Assembly: GCA_051294375.1 (NCBI GenBank)
Contig: CM119265.1
Coordinates: 5,324,355-5,388,354 of the forward strand
DNA: 64,000 nt
Reading direction: 5' to 3'
Source of the DNA: Paraspadella gotoi
Taxonomy: Eukaryota; Animalia; Chaetognatha
A program made the translations under genes and the position numbers. The stretch's first letter is position 1, and each line of letters starts with the position of its first letter. The notes beneath the pieces are model-generated. The model saw nothing but the letters and a program-made list of their open reading frames with translations. It did not search any database and had not been told where the DNA came from. Below, piece by piece: positions 51,938 through 64,000 of the stretch.

Positions 51938-54900
51938 TGAGTGAATATTAGCATTACACTAGGCCATTTGCCATTTTTTTTTTTTAGTCATAGACAGAAA
52001 CTTGGCAAATGAAAAAAAAAAGTAAATACTATCATTATGGTACCTAACATTTATACTAGGCCATTGCCTAAAGAATAAAGATAAAGAATAAAGATGATTG
52101 CCGATTGACCGAAAATAAGTCTTATTTTGATATTGCGGGCCTGTGACAGACAGGGGTCCGTAGAGTTTTGTTGTTGTTGTCGTCGTTATTACGTACTGAT
52201 TTTAATTTTGATGCAAATATCATATGCGTAAATATAATAAGCGATAGGAAAAAAATCTGGTGGGATGAGATTTGTTGACTGCGGACTGCGGAGTGACGGA
52301 AAATAATAAATTGAAGAATGAAAAAAAAAAACTTAAAAAAAAAAAAATAATAAGCATCTGAAGTAATCCTTGTTTCGAAATAAATCATTTTTTTAGTGTT
52401 GCTACAAAACTGCGAAGAACATTTTGGGAATGTCAAAAACAGAGAACACAAAATTCACTGGAGATTATTTTGAATAGAGGAAAAGATAGAGGGAGCTTGC
52501 GTTGAAATGGCAAAGAGATTAGGGCGAAGCTAAGCTCAACGCTTCGTCGGCGACTACATACAAACGAAGGAGATGAGGTCATGAGGGTAAGTAGGATGAA
52601 AAAGGATGAACTCGGATGTAGGAGTGAGGAAAGAAAAAAATTAACATTGTGAGTCAGCTTTTAAGTCTCACTGCCACGATTGATTGATTGTAAAATGATT
52701 GAAAGATTGATTTAGGTAATTTTTATTTAGATAGATTTTTCATTGATCTTAGCTTTCAAAATTTAATAATATTTCGTTGCGGTAAAATGCATATTTATTA
52801 CTTAACTGATATTTCGAAGTTTACGATTCAATCGATGCCTTCGCGGATGTCAGTTCCCAAAGTCATAAGAAACATGATCATGAAGCAGAAAAACGAAAAG
52901 ATCAAATTCGAGACATGGATTTGGAAAGACTGGGCGGATTTGTACCAGGCAGCTACGATGGCGCCAGGGCAGATCCGTCGGGGTCAAGGGAGACGCCTGC
53001 GCGGGCGTGGGTTGGAAGAATGACGACGCGGTCGTAGAAAAGATGAATTTGGAAGCGGAGTTGGCATTGGGTCCGCTGGAAATCAGTGATGCACGAAATT
53101 TTTTTGACCGAGTCATGTAGAGAATTCGAATTATGTCTTGACTCGTGAGACTTTTTTTGGGGAATATCTAAAATTATTTTGTTAAAAGTTCTCTCAAACT
53201 TTTTTTTTAATCTTTGTTACTTGTCGTTTTCTTAATTTACTTTTTAAAAAAAATGAACAGAATTACATCCCCGGGTTGGAGACTTCGTGTGAAATTGGAA
53301 TCGTAAGAGAAAAAAGTTGCGAAAAGAAAAATATAAAAAAACGAGAGAAAAAAATAACAGACGAATAAGAGGCAATAATAGATTGTTGAAAAAGAAAAGA
53401 GAAGAAAGGACTCATAACAAAGTTATTGTAATGAGTGTGTCAGCCTTGTTTCAGTATAAAGATAAAAAGAGAGAGAGGAAGTGGAGGGCGGGCGGAGCCG
53501 GGGAGCGGGGAAAAGAGTTGGTCAGTAAAGTTTCTCCGGTCGGTCCGCCTAAACGCGGGATCAAACTTGGTTCCGCTGCCAGATGGTGCCATCGTTGCTG
53601 TCATCGTCGTTGTACCCATCTATCCCTTGGGTTCCTTGTTAAAATCTGTAGCAAAGAATTTTTAATCGAGGAATAAAGTTTGACGCCACATCGGGAGGGT
53701 TTGCCAGATGGTAGATTGGGTGCAATTCTTGGTTCCGAACGGTGGATCTGCTTGTCACGTCCTTCTTACAAGCATAATCCACCACGGTTGCTGGCTCCCA
53801 AGATTCCATTAAAATGGGTGGGAGATGTAACTAGCTATTTGGATTTACTTTTTTCATACCCTATCTTGTATAGTATATGGATAATCGAAGTTTAGTTAAG
53901 GTCATATTGATTGATATTCATTAAGTTTCTTTATTCATTAATTTTAGCGTTCATCGAATATTTAATTAATTCATTAATTCATTCATTTACCCATTCATCA
54001 ATTCATGAATCTATTTTTGTAACGTACACCTTGTATTCCGATCCAAACGCGTGACGATGGTTACGAATTTGATCCCCATCCTCGTTTCAATCGTGAGAGC
54101 CTAGTCTTTCCTTCTCTCTCTCTTCTCCTCTCTCTCCTCTCTTCTCTCTTTCTCTCTCTCTTTCTCTCCCCGCTTGTGGGAGGAAGAAGAAGAGCGAGGG
54201 AGATTCCGTTCGCCGGTTAATAACGGAGAAGAAGAAGATTAAAACGAGGAGGAGAAGGAGTAGAGGGAGGAGGAGGAGTAGGAAGAGGAGGTGTGTCGGC
54301 GAAACGGCGCGCTCGTGGTACCTGGAACCGGTTCAGGTGGAAGGCAAGAGTAAGCAACGCGCTCCGTCTCTGTTTTTCTATATACGTCTCTTTTCACTCT
54401 CTCTCTCTCTCTCACCACACTCGCACACACACACACAAACGACGAGAACAATTTTTTCCGTCGTGCTCTGACGGAAACCGCGAAAACGAAATTACGTTTG
54501 GGAAATGAATCGTCCCTGTCGAAGTCAGAGGGCGAAGAAAGGGGTTGTGGAAGAGGGTGGGGAGTGGTGGGGGCTTCCGCCATTTTAAGAGGTTGAAATC
54601 GAGAGGCAAAAGGCATGACTGTGTAACTGGCGTTTACTGAGGGTTGCGCCGTTGCCGGTGAAAAGTGACTCCGTCTCGGTTCAGTCAACAAAAAAGTTGA
54701 GGTCTTGCTAAGAGATCAGAGGTAATTTTATACGTATAATACTTAATAGGTACTTTTTAAATGTATAATATACTATTGAGCAGAAAAGAGAAAACTCCTG
54801 TAACACGTTTAAAATGAATCGGGAGCTAAAAACTGTAGTAAAATAATCGCCATTTTGACTCCAAAGTCATTTTTTCTTTGTCTTGTGGTTACACAGAGTT

Positions 54901-57429
54901 AAAATGATTGCCATGGGGTTTCTAAGTTGGGCCAATCATGGGTCGCCGAGGGATTTCCAAGAGTTAAGTTTCTTTCCGTTCGGGGGCAAAAAAAAAAAAG
55001 ATGAAAAAAAAAGTCGAGGGAACAAAAATTGTTTGAAAATTACTTAGCTGCAGAAAAAAAAGAAGATTTTGGTCTTTTTTTGTAAAACTTAGTGAGTCAA
55101 GTAGAAATTGAACTATATTTTAATTTTCACTGTTTCAAATCCTTAATTATTATTATAAGAGATGACAAAGAGAGTAGTGGGTCGATTTGCGGAATGTGAT
55201 TTCGAGGCGGGTCATTATTTTGACCCGCGGAACGAAGAAGAGGAGAAGCGTTGAGCACATGTGATTTGCTCGACTGCCTCGTTAATGTAACGGCCGACCG
55301 TTTTATAAGTGGGCTTTCGGAGAATAAGAATTGAGCCGACTACATCATTGGAGATAAGACCAGGATAGCGGGCACTATATTCTGAAAATACCCCATTTCC
55401 TTTCCTTAATACTGTATATTTAGTTTTTAACCGTAACCTGTTTTTAAAATTAATAACCACAATCACTAACCCTAATCCCTAAGCCTAACCCTAAGCGCGA
55501 GCTTATCAATATCCCGCCTTTCGAATTTGATGAGATTTCTTAAGTTTTTCTCTATCGGGCGTGACGCCGACGCCAAAGATAAAAAGCGAAAAAGAAAAAA
55601 GAAAAAAGGAAAGAGGATGGAGAAGGAAACGCACACAGTCACACACACACAAAAAGAGCCAGCGGTGAGCAAAAGATAAACTTATGCGATGGAGAAAAAA
55701 AAAAGTCTAAATGAAAAACAAACAAAGAATAAATACACTCTTCCCCAAGGAAAAGGCGGAAAGAGAGGGAAATCTGATGCAGATTCCGAAGCCACAGATT
55801 TTTTTTTTTTCCCCGTCTCCCGCTCAAAATGGTTTTTCTTCCAAAGGCTACGCGTCTATTCAAAATGGCTCTCGACGACGGCGGTTGGATTGAGTGAGTT
55901 TGTGTATTTTTGTTTTTTAAACAAAAAGTATTTTTTTAAAGCTATCAAAATGTGTTGATGCCACAAAGAATATAAAATTGTAAAATTGTGAACTTTTGAC
56001 GAGAGAGACAAAAACAAACGCATTGAAATTTGCCTTAAAATGAACAACGAAGTATCAAAGTTAGTTTAGTTTAGTTTAGTTTTCAAAACCATTTTCGTGA
56101 GGTGCACTTCATCTATTCCACGAACCAAATATCGGTTGAGGAAAGTCATCCTCGGTGTAGATAATCAATTTTATTAAGAATTATATATCGGTAGATTTGT
56201 TTGTGACAATGAGACGCAAAAGTTCGTCTTCTATCTTGGCCAAGAATTTCTTGCTCCCCCCTTTTTCAACGTTTACCACTAGCCCCCAACCACCCAACCC
56301 CCCAACCGTAACCCCCTCTTTCTCTCTCTTTTTCATATCTTTTAAATTCTAATTAAATCGTTTTTTCGGGTCTTCTCGCCCTCGACCTCCACGAATCACA
56401 ACAACAACAACAACCACCACATACACCCCTTTAAAAAAAATCAGGTTTCCCAGCCACGCCTCGTCGATTATCCCCGAATCACCCCTCGCGGTCGTCCCCA
56501 TTCCACACTCTCTCCCCAGCCCCCATTTTTTTTCCCCCACCCCCATTTTTTTCTTTTCGTCATTCCCCCCAACCTTTAGCGTCATTCCGCATTCAGCGAA
56601 TAAAGTTTGTTTTCTTTCCCTCATCGTCCTCGGGGAATCGAGAAAAACGGGCGAAACCCGCGAGCGGACAGACTTTTTTTGTTCGTCTTAGAGGAAAGGG
56701 AAAAAAAATGTAAGAGGAGGTTGAGCAGTTAGTAGATAAAATTCCTTTACCTGGGATTTTTTTTTTTATATGAGAAATTTAAATCATTTGGTCTTTCTAA
56801 AGTTCCAGGATCTTTTTTTTTACTTATTCCTCGGAAAGCTCTCGTCCAAACGACAGGCGGCAACGGCGGCTTCGTTGGAATCGGCGGCGACATTATTATC
56901 ATTATTATTATTTTTTACTTAATAATTCATCGAGAAAACTTGTCAATATTTAAGCCACCATGAAAAAAGCCTCGCCTCGAAGAGAGAGAGAGAGAAGAGG
57001 GGAAAAAAGTTGATTTTCAAGATGGCGGCTTGACGGCCGCGCGCTCTTTTGTTCGATAAAACGAATGAAAAAAAAAAAAAAAAAAAAAACAGAAAAAAAA
57101 ACTGCGAAATATTGAGTTTCGGAAAGAAAGATGACCCGCCATCTATTCTTTGGAGGGCGTTAGGACGTGACCTTCTGTTTTCTTTTAAAAAACAAAACAA
57201 AATAAAGTTCGTCGGTTGTAATTTTTATTTGCGGTTTTTAATCGCGACAGACATGTTGAAAAAAAGCAAAAAGAGTGGTATAACATATTTTTTATTAAAT
57301 TGGTTAAAGTCCAAATCGATTTTTTAATACGTAATGATATTTCGTGACTGAATTGTGATATTTCTATGTGTCGTTTAAAGGTTAATGTTTCGGAGGTTTT
57401 CACCCAACGTCATCGTTTGTCTTAGTTTG

Positions 57430-57633
57430 TCATCGTTTGTTATAAAAGGCAACGAATATCATGCAGGAGGCGCTAATTATTTGGAGCAAAGCGATGAAGA
57501 AAAATGGCGCCGAGAAAGACCGGAATCGATCCAGGATGTCCTCGGCGACGGGCGGCACCGCCACACCCCCGACCGCCGCGAATAAGCTGAGCACCGCCAT
57601 GGAACCCGGCAGGGCCGCGCGTCCGACCAAGTC
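57430..57633 (-). CDS. SLC16A: SLC16/MCT exon 3 (DLVGRAALPGSM...FYNKR*)
   Basis: Acceptor ccttctccAG; DLVG motif and the last two TM helices; TGA stop. Confidence 0.9.
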   Translation of the reverse strand, partial: DLVGRAALPGSMAVLSLFAAVGGVAVPPVAEDILDRFRSFSAPFFFIALLQIISASCMIFVAFYNKR

Positions 57634-59810
57634 CTGGAGAAGGAGCGAATTAATTTTGGCACTTAAAAAAATATTTAATTCTACGCGTATAGTAATAGTT
57701 ATTATAGTAGTATAAATATTAGTTAGTTTGCTATGATTATAATTGAAAAACGACTCTTTAAAGGCCAACCTGTAGCACTAACAGCCTCAGCGTCACATTG
57801 GCACCTTTGACGAGACCATAGGCGACGCTGTAGGCGACGAAGCCGCCGACACCGCTCGCGAACGAGACCGACAAATCAAGTCCGGCACCGACAAAGAAAA
57901 CGACGCCGGCCACCAAAGAGCGCCGTCGCCTCAACGGATCCCAGTCGGTAGTGACGCCGCAGAACAGACGGCCGAGGAGATCGAAGGCTAAATTGAGACT
58001 GTGCAGCAGCGCGGCGTCGCTGCTGCTGCCGCTGCGGGACTCGGCCAACGCGGGTAAAGAATTCCACGCGATCGAAAGAGTCGGAAGGCCGAGGAGGTGA
58101 GCGAGGCCGAAGAAGACGAAGTCGGGTCGAAGAAGAAGGGAAAAGTTGACTCCGAGGACGAAAGCTGCGCGTGAAAAGCAGCAGACGCGGTCGGTCGCGT
58201 CAGCGCAGCATTGAGAGTTTGTCGTTGTATCGTCGAGGGCTCCGTAAGTCTTGCGCAGTCTCCTCTCCAGCGGTTTGTGCAGCATGCCGGCGACACAGAA
58301 GTGCAGCGCGAACCCCGCCGCGATGATCAGCGTGCCCGTCAGCGATAGTTCGCGCAGCGTCAAAGACCAAAGCGACGGTAACGCGAGGCCCGCTACGCAG
58401 GAACCGGAAAGGGACACGCCCATAGCGAGGGAACGACGACGTTCGAAGTATTGACCGACGAGGGAGACCGAAGGGAGAAGTTGAAGAGAAAAGGCAATGC
58501 CGAGAAAGAGGGACCATGTCAATCTGGAAGAAAGAATAAAATTTGTATAAATCATTCTTAGATTGATTTTTAGAATGTTCGTCGTAATTTATGAGTTGTG
58601 TCGTCTGACGAACATCGTTAGTGTTTTCTTATTTTTTTTAGTTTCAGGCCTTCATCACCGCTATCCGTAACGATAAACTAATAGTTGTTCCGCGAGTTTG
58701 TTGACATGAATCTATTTAAGGTTAAATGCTCAGGTGTCCCTGACGATGTTTCCCAAGGTTGTTGTCTGTGTACTGTCGTTGCGTTATTGTTGTTCCAACG
58801 ATTACCCACGATTTTCCCTCGTGGCACCGGAAACCCGCGGCGTTTAACTCTATCGGTTAATGGTCCTAATCGTTAACGAGAGGGGAAGGAAATCGAGAGT
58901 GATGGAAGATAAAAAAAAAATTACCGGGGGAAAAGAATGAGAGAACGAAGGTTTTACTAAAGCGGGAAAAGTAAAAAGTAAAAAAGTACACGAAAATAAA
59001 TGAATTGGAGAAAATAAGGTTCAATGTGCACTGTACAAAGAGTTTATAAAACGTTAGAAACGCGAAACAAATCTACATAATATTCTGGCTTTTGTTCCGG
59101 GATTAAGAAAAAGTGAAACCAAGTAGTAGAATTGTATATAGTTTGCTCTTAAACTAGTTTAATGATCAAATATTTTTTTCCTAAACTAACTCACTCTCAA
59201 TACCAAACCTGAGCCCCATGACCGTCGACGCGAACATCGACCAAAGACTCCCGATGGCGGCTGCAATGCCCGACAAAAAGACGAGCTGTCGGACGGTGAA
59301 GCCTTTGTACAACAGCGCCGCCGAAAGAGGAGAGACAAAGGCGCCTATGACCCACGGCGCCGCCAGGACGGACGTGAGATCTGCGGCGGACGCCGTCGGC
59401 AACGCCTCGTGAAAACCGAGGAAGAGGACGCCGGTGGACTTTTGCAATCCGGCGCAACAAAAATGGACGATGAAGCAGCCGAGGACGGCCGCCCAACCCC
59501 AGCCGCCATCGGGAGGTGGAGGCAGGTGCTGGTCGTCATCGACCCTTCTCCGTCGACTGGAAGCTGATTCCTTTACGAACGCCTCTTCCGCTGCGACAAC
59601 GAAATCTTCGTCTCTGCTGAGGTCGTCCAAGTCTGTATTTGGGGAATGCGAATCTTTTCTCGCCAACGAATCGTTTTCAGGGTCTTTGTTTTTGGCTTTG
59701 ACGCCATCGGCGTTGGAGGCGGCGGCGTCGGCGTCGGCGGCGGCAGCGGCGGCGGCGGCGGCGGCGGCGTCGGCAGCGGTGCTGGAAATACTCGGCTTTG
59801 TTTTGGCCAT
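57430..59810 (-). CDS. SLC16A: Monocarboxylate transporter, SLC16/MCT family (MFS); 3 coding exons, ~519 aa; paralogue not resolved
   Basis: Exons 59810-59209, 58523-57770 and 57633-57430 (1560 nt, phases 2 and 0 consistent). SLC16 signatures PPPDGGWGW and YFERRRSLAMG; TM8 DLLGR; many hydrophobic segments with a central loop. Confidence 0.95.
57770..58523 (-). CDS. SLC16A: SLC16/MCT exon 2 (TM4-TM10)
   Basis: Acceptor ttcttccAG, YFERRRSLAMG motif, donor CAG|GTTGG. Confidence 0.94.
59209..59810 (-). CDS. SLC16A: SLC16/MCT exon 1 (poly-Ala N-terminus, PPPDGGWGW, TM1-TM3)
   Basis: ATG at 59810; donor CTCAG|GTTTGG gives ...MGLR|LTWSLFLGIAF in frame. Confidence 0.92.
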
Positions 59811-62197
59811 CGTCGAGGCTTCCTCGGTGGTTACCAGAGCGACGCCGACTCGGCGGGGGGGGAGGGAGAATAAGTGATGAGGCTTTTGGTTTGTCTAGGG
59901 TTTGATTTGGAGGAAAGAAGGGTTTGCCTGAGGATGTTTAAATAGCGAAGATTGAGCGAGAAAAAGAAAAGTTGAGTGGTGAAAGCAGGAAAAAACAAAT
60001 TTCAATGTCTTCGTCGGTAACGGATAAACTTCATTGTCGAAGATAATTTAGAATGTCAGCAAAATACCGCCGTTTGTCTCATGGCAAAATAGGGCGTGTT
60101 TCTAAAAGAGGTTTTCGTCGCCACAAGATTTACTTCTTTCTTGAAACGAATTGGGTTCGTTTGGGGGAGAATTGAGTTTGCGAAAACATAAACTGCAAAC
60201 GAGAAAAGAAATTAATTTTATTGTCTCCGACGTCGTCTTCATCCTATGAGACGTCGTCGTCGTCGTCAGCGTATCGCTTTACTTCCTCTTTCTTCTTCTT
60301 TCCTCATTGTTCACCGGGTTTGTGAGCGGCTTTGTTTATTGACGTGTTTATTGGGCGTCGACCGCGACTTGGTACGCTCCGTTTTTTTTTCGCTGTCGTC
60401 GTCACTCAGTTTTTTTTTTTCTGTGTATTTTTTTTTTTTAAATAAAGCCATATGATAGTAATTTGTCTAATTGATGTCGGATTTTCGTTATTGTTCTCGA
60501 AACAAAACCAAACCCTGAAAAATAATATTTGAGGATTTTAGTAATTTGAAGGTTGTAACGTTAACCTAATAAATAAGCTACTATGTACTAAGCCTAAGGA
60601 AGAAATCGTAGAAATTTAAAAGCCAGCTAAGTTTTAAAATATACAAAAAAATGCATAAACGTACATAATTCCGCCCGGGGTAAAAGTTTTTAATCGACGC
60701 CACGAAAAGACGAAAACAACAACAATCTTTGCCGATCCAGTCTTTGCCGATTAGATTTCGAAAAAGCCAAGCAAATACATTCATTAAAAATCAAATAGTC
60801 GAACCCAAACAAACTCGTCTGAGCTCGATCCTTCGGTTCCGCACTTTCACAAGATTCAAAGTTCCAAAACTGAGACGCGCATTATCGATCGATCTTTTTC
60901 TCCTTGATTAGTTTCGGTGAATGAAAAAAGCTTTTCGTCATTTGTTTTCTCATTAGTAATTCAAATTATCAGGATTGCCCCGCAAAGAATAAATAACGAT
61001 AACAATAACGATTTTAGTTCCGACTTGAAACAGAAAACAGAAACAGACTATTTCGAATAGATATTTATTTATTATTTATACTTATCACGTTTTGTGGGCT
61101 TAGCATGACACTTTTCTCTTTTTATCATGTTATATCAAGTTTTATCGAAATCTGCATTATCAGTCTCGCTTAAGATTTTCTCAGAATGTGAGTCATTTTT
61201 GGTATCTTTAAGGTAAACTGCGCACAAATACTGACTGTATAAAATAAATATAAAATGAACAAAATAAAATAGACATTAAGTCTAAGATAAAGCGTAATGT
61301 GTACAAAAATAAACATTAACTAAACCAGTTGCTACATTAATACACATAGGTCGCTTTAAAAGTCCTGCTAATCAAAATTTAAATTAGTTACTTAAAAATA
61401 CTAAGTATTTTGCTAGAAAAATTCAAAAACTTTTTTTCAACAAAGTTTCTGTTCGTAGATTTAAAAAAGAATTAATTGATGTGTCGAGCGAGAAAAAAAA
61501 AGGGTGAGCGATGCTGTTTAATAGCCGATAGGATTGGATCAATTTGGATGAATCTAAAGAGTAAACAAGCGATACTCAAAACAAAAGTTTCTCGGGTCGA
61601 CGTCGCAAACTCCGGAAAAAATTTTTTTTTTCAATTATTTCTTTCGTATGAATCCGCTTTAAGAAAGATCGTAAGAAAATTTTTAAAATTCCAGTTTAAT
61701 GACTGGATGACTCTAAAGAAGTAATACAACTTTTTAAGTCTCTCTCGCGATGAACCTTACCTTTTTTTTCCATCTCTATCCTTAATATGAAACTTTTTTC
61801 TCTATCGCCTTGACGAAACCAAATTATTTGTTCTCAATTACAGTTCAGTCCTCACAGGCAATTTACATTACTGATAGTTAATCATCCTTCCACATTTCAT
61901 GACTCGCCTCGGTTTGGCAGTTCATTATGTCGCAAATATAATACACTACAACAAAAGTAGTTAGAACAAGTTATACGATGTCTATCTGTAGAGGGACTGA
62001 ACAATGAAATTAACAAGACGGAACGAAGCACAACGGGAAAATCTGATAATTAAAATGAAAAAAAATTACCTAAAGCGCGGACTTTGTATCACTTGGTAGC
62101 GAAAAAAAGTTCAATAAAAAAAAAAAAAAGTCGCGAGAAAATAAACTAAAGACTGGAATCCAAGCAGAGAAAAAAGGAAAAAAAGAAAGAGAGGAAA

Positions 62198-62514
62198 ATG
62201 AAAAAAGCGATTGAAAAAGTTTTGGCGAAATGTGACTTCAAGAAATCTCCAGCCGTGTAAGGAATTAGGAGAAATGACGGTTGTCATAGCGAGGCAATTT
62301 TATGTGTCAGAGGCAAACGAATGATAAACAAACAAGTGAACAAATGAATAAAGCTTACTAGCACAAAAAAACTTATTTAGAAACTCCGAAAATGAATCGA
62401 GAAGCGAGAGTTTCACCGACAACATAATCGGACAACGGAAAAATACAGAGGTTAATCAGCAACTTTGGTAATTTGATAATTATAATGATTCTCTCTCTCT
62501 CTCTCTAACTCTCT

Positions 62515-62549
<35 letters not shown>

Positions 62550-64000
62550 TCTCTCCCCCCGCGCGCAGCCTGAGCAAGAAGAACCTACAATTAAACCAAA
62601 ATCTCCTACTTTGCGTCGCGATGAACGAGGTAAAAGGAGCATTTCAAAACTTTGACGAAGATTTCCGCAGAAAAAAAAGAGCATTCTTCCCCCCTCCTAA
62701 TTTCTTAGTGGAAACGAGTTCGGGCAGCAAGACCAACGTGTTCGATCCTCGATCCGAGGATATCGGCGCCCGCCACTCCTCTTCCTCTTCCACCAATAAT
62801 TCTAGGATCCAACTGCGGCGCGCCTCCGTCGACTACATCGACAGCGCCGCCGAGATGAATGGCGTTGCCGGCGCCGGAAGTGTTTTGGGATCCAAGGAAG
62901 AGTCGGCGCTGTCATGCGACATCTCGGCGCGGTCAGAGGGGAGGTGGGGTCCGGGTTGGGGGCGTTGCGAAAAGTAATATAAACACTTAGTCACAAAGTT
63001 TAGATTGATTAGTATGTAGACGATTAGATCTCACACAGAATTCTTCAACTTTGGTCCACCCCCAGATCTTCCTCCTCCGTCTTTCAGGGTCAAAACGTCA
63101 ACTCCGTCTCGTCACCGACGGCGTCTCCTTTGCCGGAATCCTTGCAGAACTTTCTCGTCAACGACCCTCGACTCGGCGACGTCCTCTGCCGGTCGCGAGA
63201 GGCGGCGTCGTCGAAAGGATCGTCAACGACAACGCTGTCGCCCTTCGCTTCGGCGGTCAAGAGGTAAAAAAAAAAATGTATTAATGTGCCGTCCACATTA
63301 ACATCTTTTAATTTTATTATTTATAAAAACTTGTTTTACTTAGAAATTAGCTTTGGCTCGAAATTAACAAACAGTTGTAACCGAAATTTTTCTACTGTTT
63401 TCTTTTTCACCAAAATTCGTGATCTATATTTACAAAAAACTAAACTGTAACCTTCACAGAGATTTCAGAGTAATGCAATCAGGAAAAGTACAATTCAAAG
63501 TTTTTTCGTTGGTTGGCCAAAGGGTTATCACTTATTTTCCTCATTCAAAGATATTTTGAAACCCGGATGACGGAACATCTTTCGCGCGAGATTCGTCTCA
63601 CGCGAGCGCTTACCAAACAGCGAAAGGACGCGCATGACGAGCTCTTTGGTCTCTTCAACTCCGAGGCTCATTACCTCGAGTACAACAGCATGCCCAAGGT
63701 CTCAATGACTCGAATCACTTTACATTTTTTTTTTTTACATTTGAAGCATGTTGAGAGATTTCTTTCGGGTTAGATTGAATTGTATTACAGCTCGCGAGAG
63801 CTTTGATTGATTGAGTGAATTATGAATCTTTGGCGACCCCAAAGCGGCGGCCAAAGACTGATAACTTTGCTCATAGGAAGTAGCGGCGTTGAAGGAGGCT
63901 TTCGCGGCGGCGACAGCAAACTACGAAGGAAAACCCGAACGGAAGAAGGCCGTCATGGCGCAGTTGTCTGCCATCACGAAGACGGTGGCGTCGAAGAGAA
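62198..64000 (+). CDS. Multi-exon protein-coding gene of unknown function, 3'-truncated by the window end
   Basis: Exons 62198(ATG; may extend 5')-62256, 62381-62450, 62569-62629, 62709-62943, 63039(or 63066)-63263, 63551-63698 and 63877->64000 all have AG/GT boundaries. They join into one open frame (phases 2,0,1,2,2,0): MKKAIEKVLAKCDFKKSPAV-NSENESR...-PEQEEPTIKPKSP...-VETSSGSK...-...ESLQNFLVNDPRLGDVLC...-RYFETRMTEHLSREIRLTRALTKQRKDAHDELFGLF...-EVAALKEAFAAA... No family recognised. Confidence 0.75.

Noticed and set aside
59181-59208. Alternative MCT donor GAGA|GTGAGT at 59195
   Set aside because: It would give phase 1 and break the frame with exon 2; the donor at 59209 preserves the SLC16 alignment.

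Overview
AT-rich animal (invertebrate-type) genomic scaffold with small GT-AG introns, very abundant (AG)n/(CT)n microsatellites and three N-gaps. I hand-spliced three protein genes. (1) A complete 10-exon SLC1/EAAT-type glutamate transporter on the - strand (14754-19515, ~634 aa). (2) A complete 3-exon SLC16/MCT monocarboxylate transporter on the - strand (57430-59810, ~519 aa). (3) A 7+-exon gene of unknown function on the + strand, oriented divergently from the MCT and running off the window end (62198->64000). Positions ~1-14 kb and ~25-57 kb have no recognisable protein gene. They contain simple and complex tandem repeats, several dispersed repeat families (5'-variable elements with a shared 3' end, a poly(A)-tailed retroposon end, tRNA-derived SINE-like elements, AT-rich MITE-like DNA) and a foldback duplication beside a gap that is probably an assembly artefact. 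The most unusual signal is at 28070-28407: an LTR-like promoter (TGTAA...TTAAA, CCAAT/TATA/Inr) followed by a 46-nt tRNA-Leu complement. This complement includes the CCA end and stops at the anticodon loop, so it looks like an abnormally long primer-binding site. Most ORFs in the supplied track are microsatellite artefacts. All calls were made by eye without database searches.
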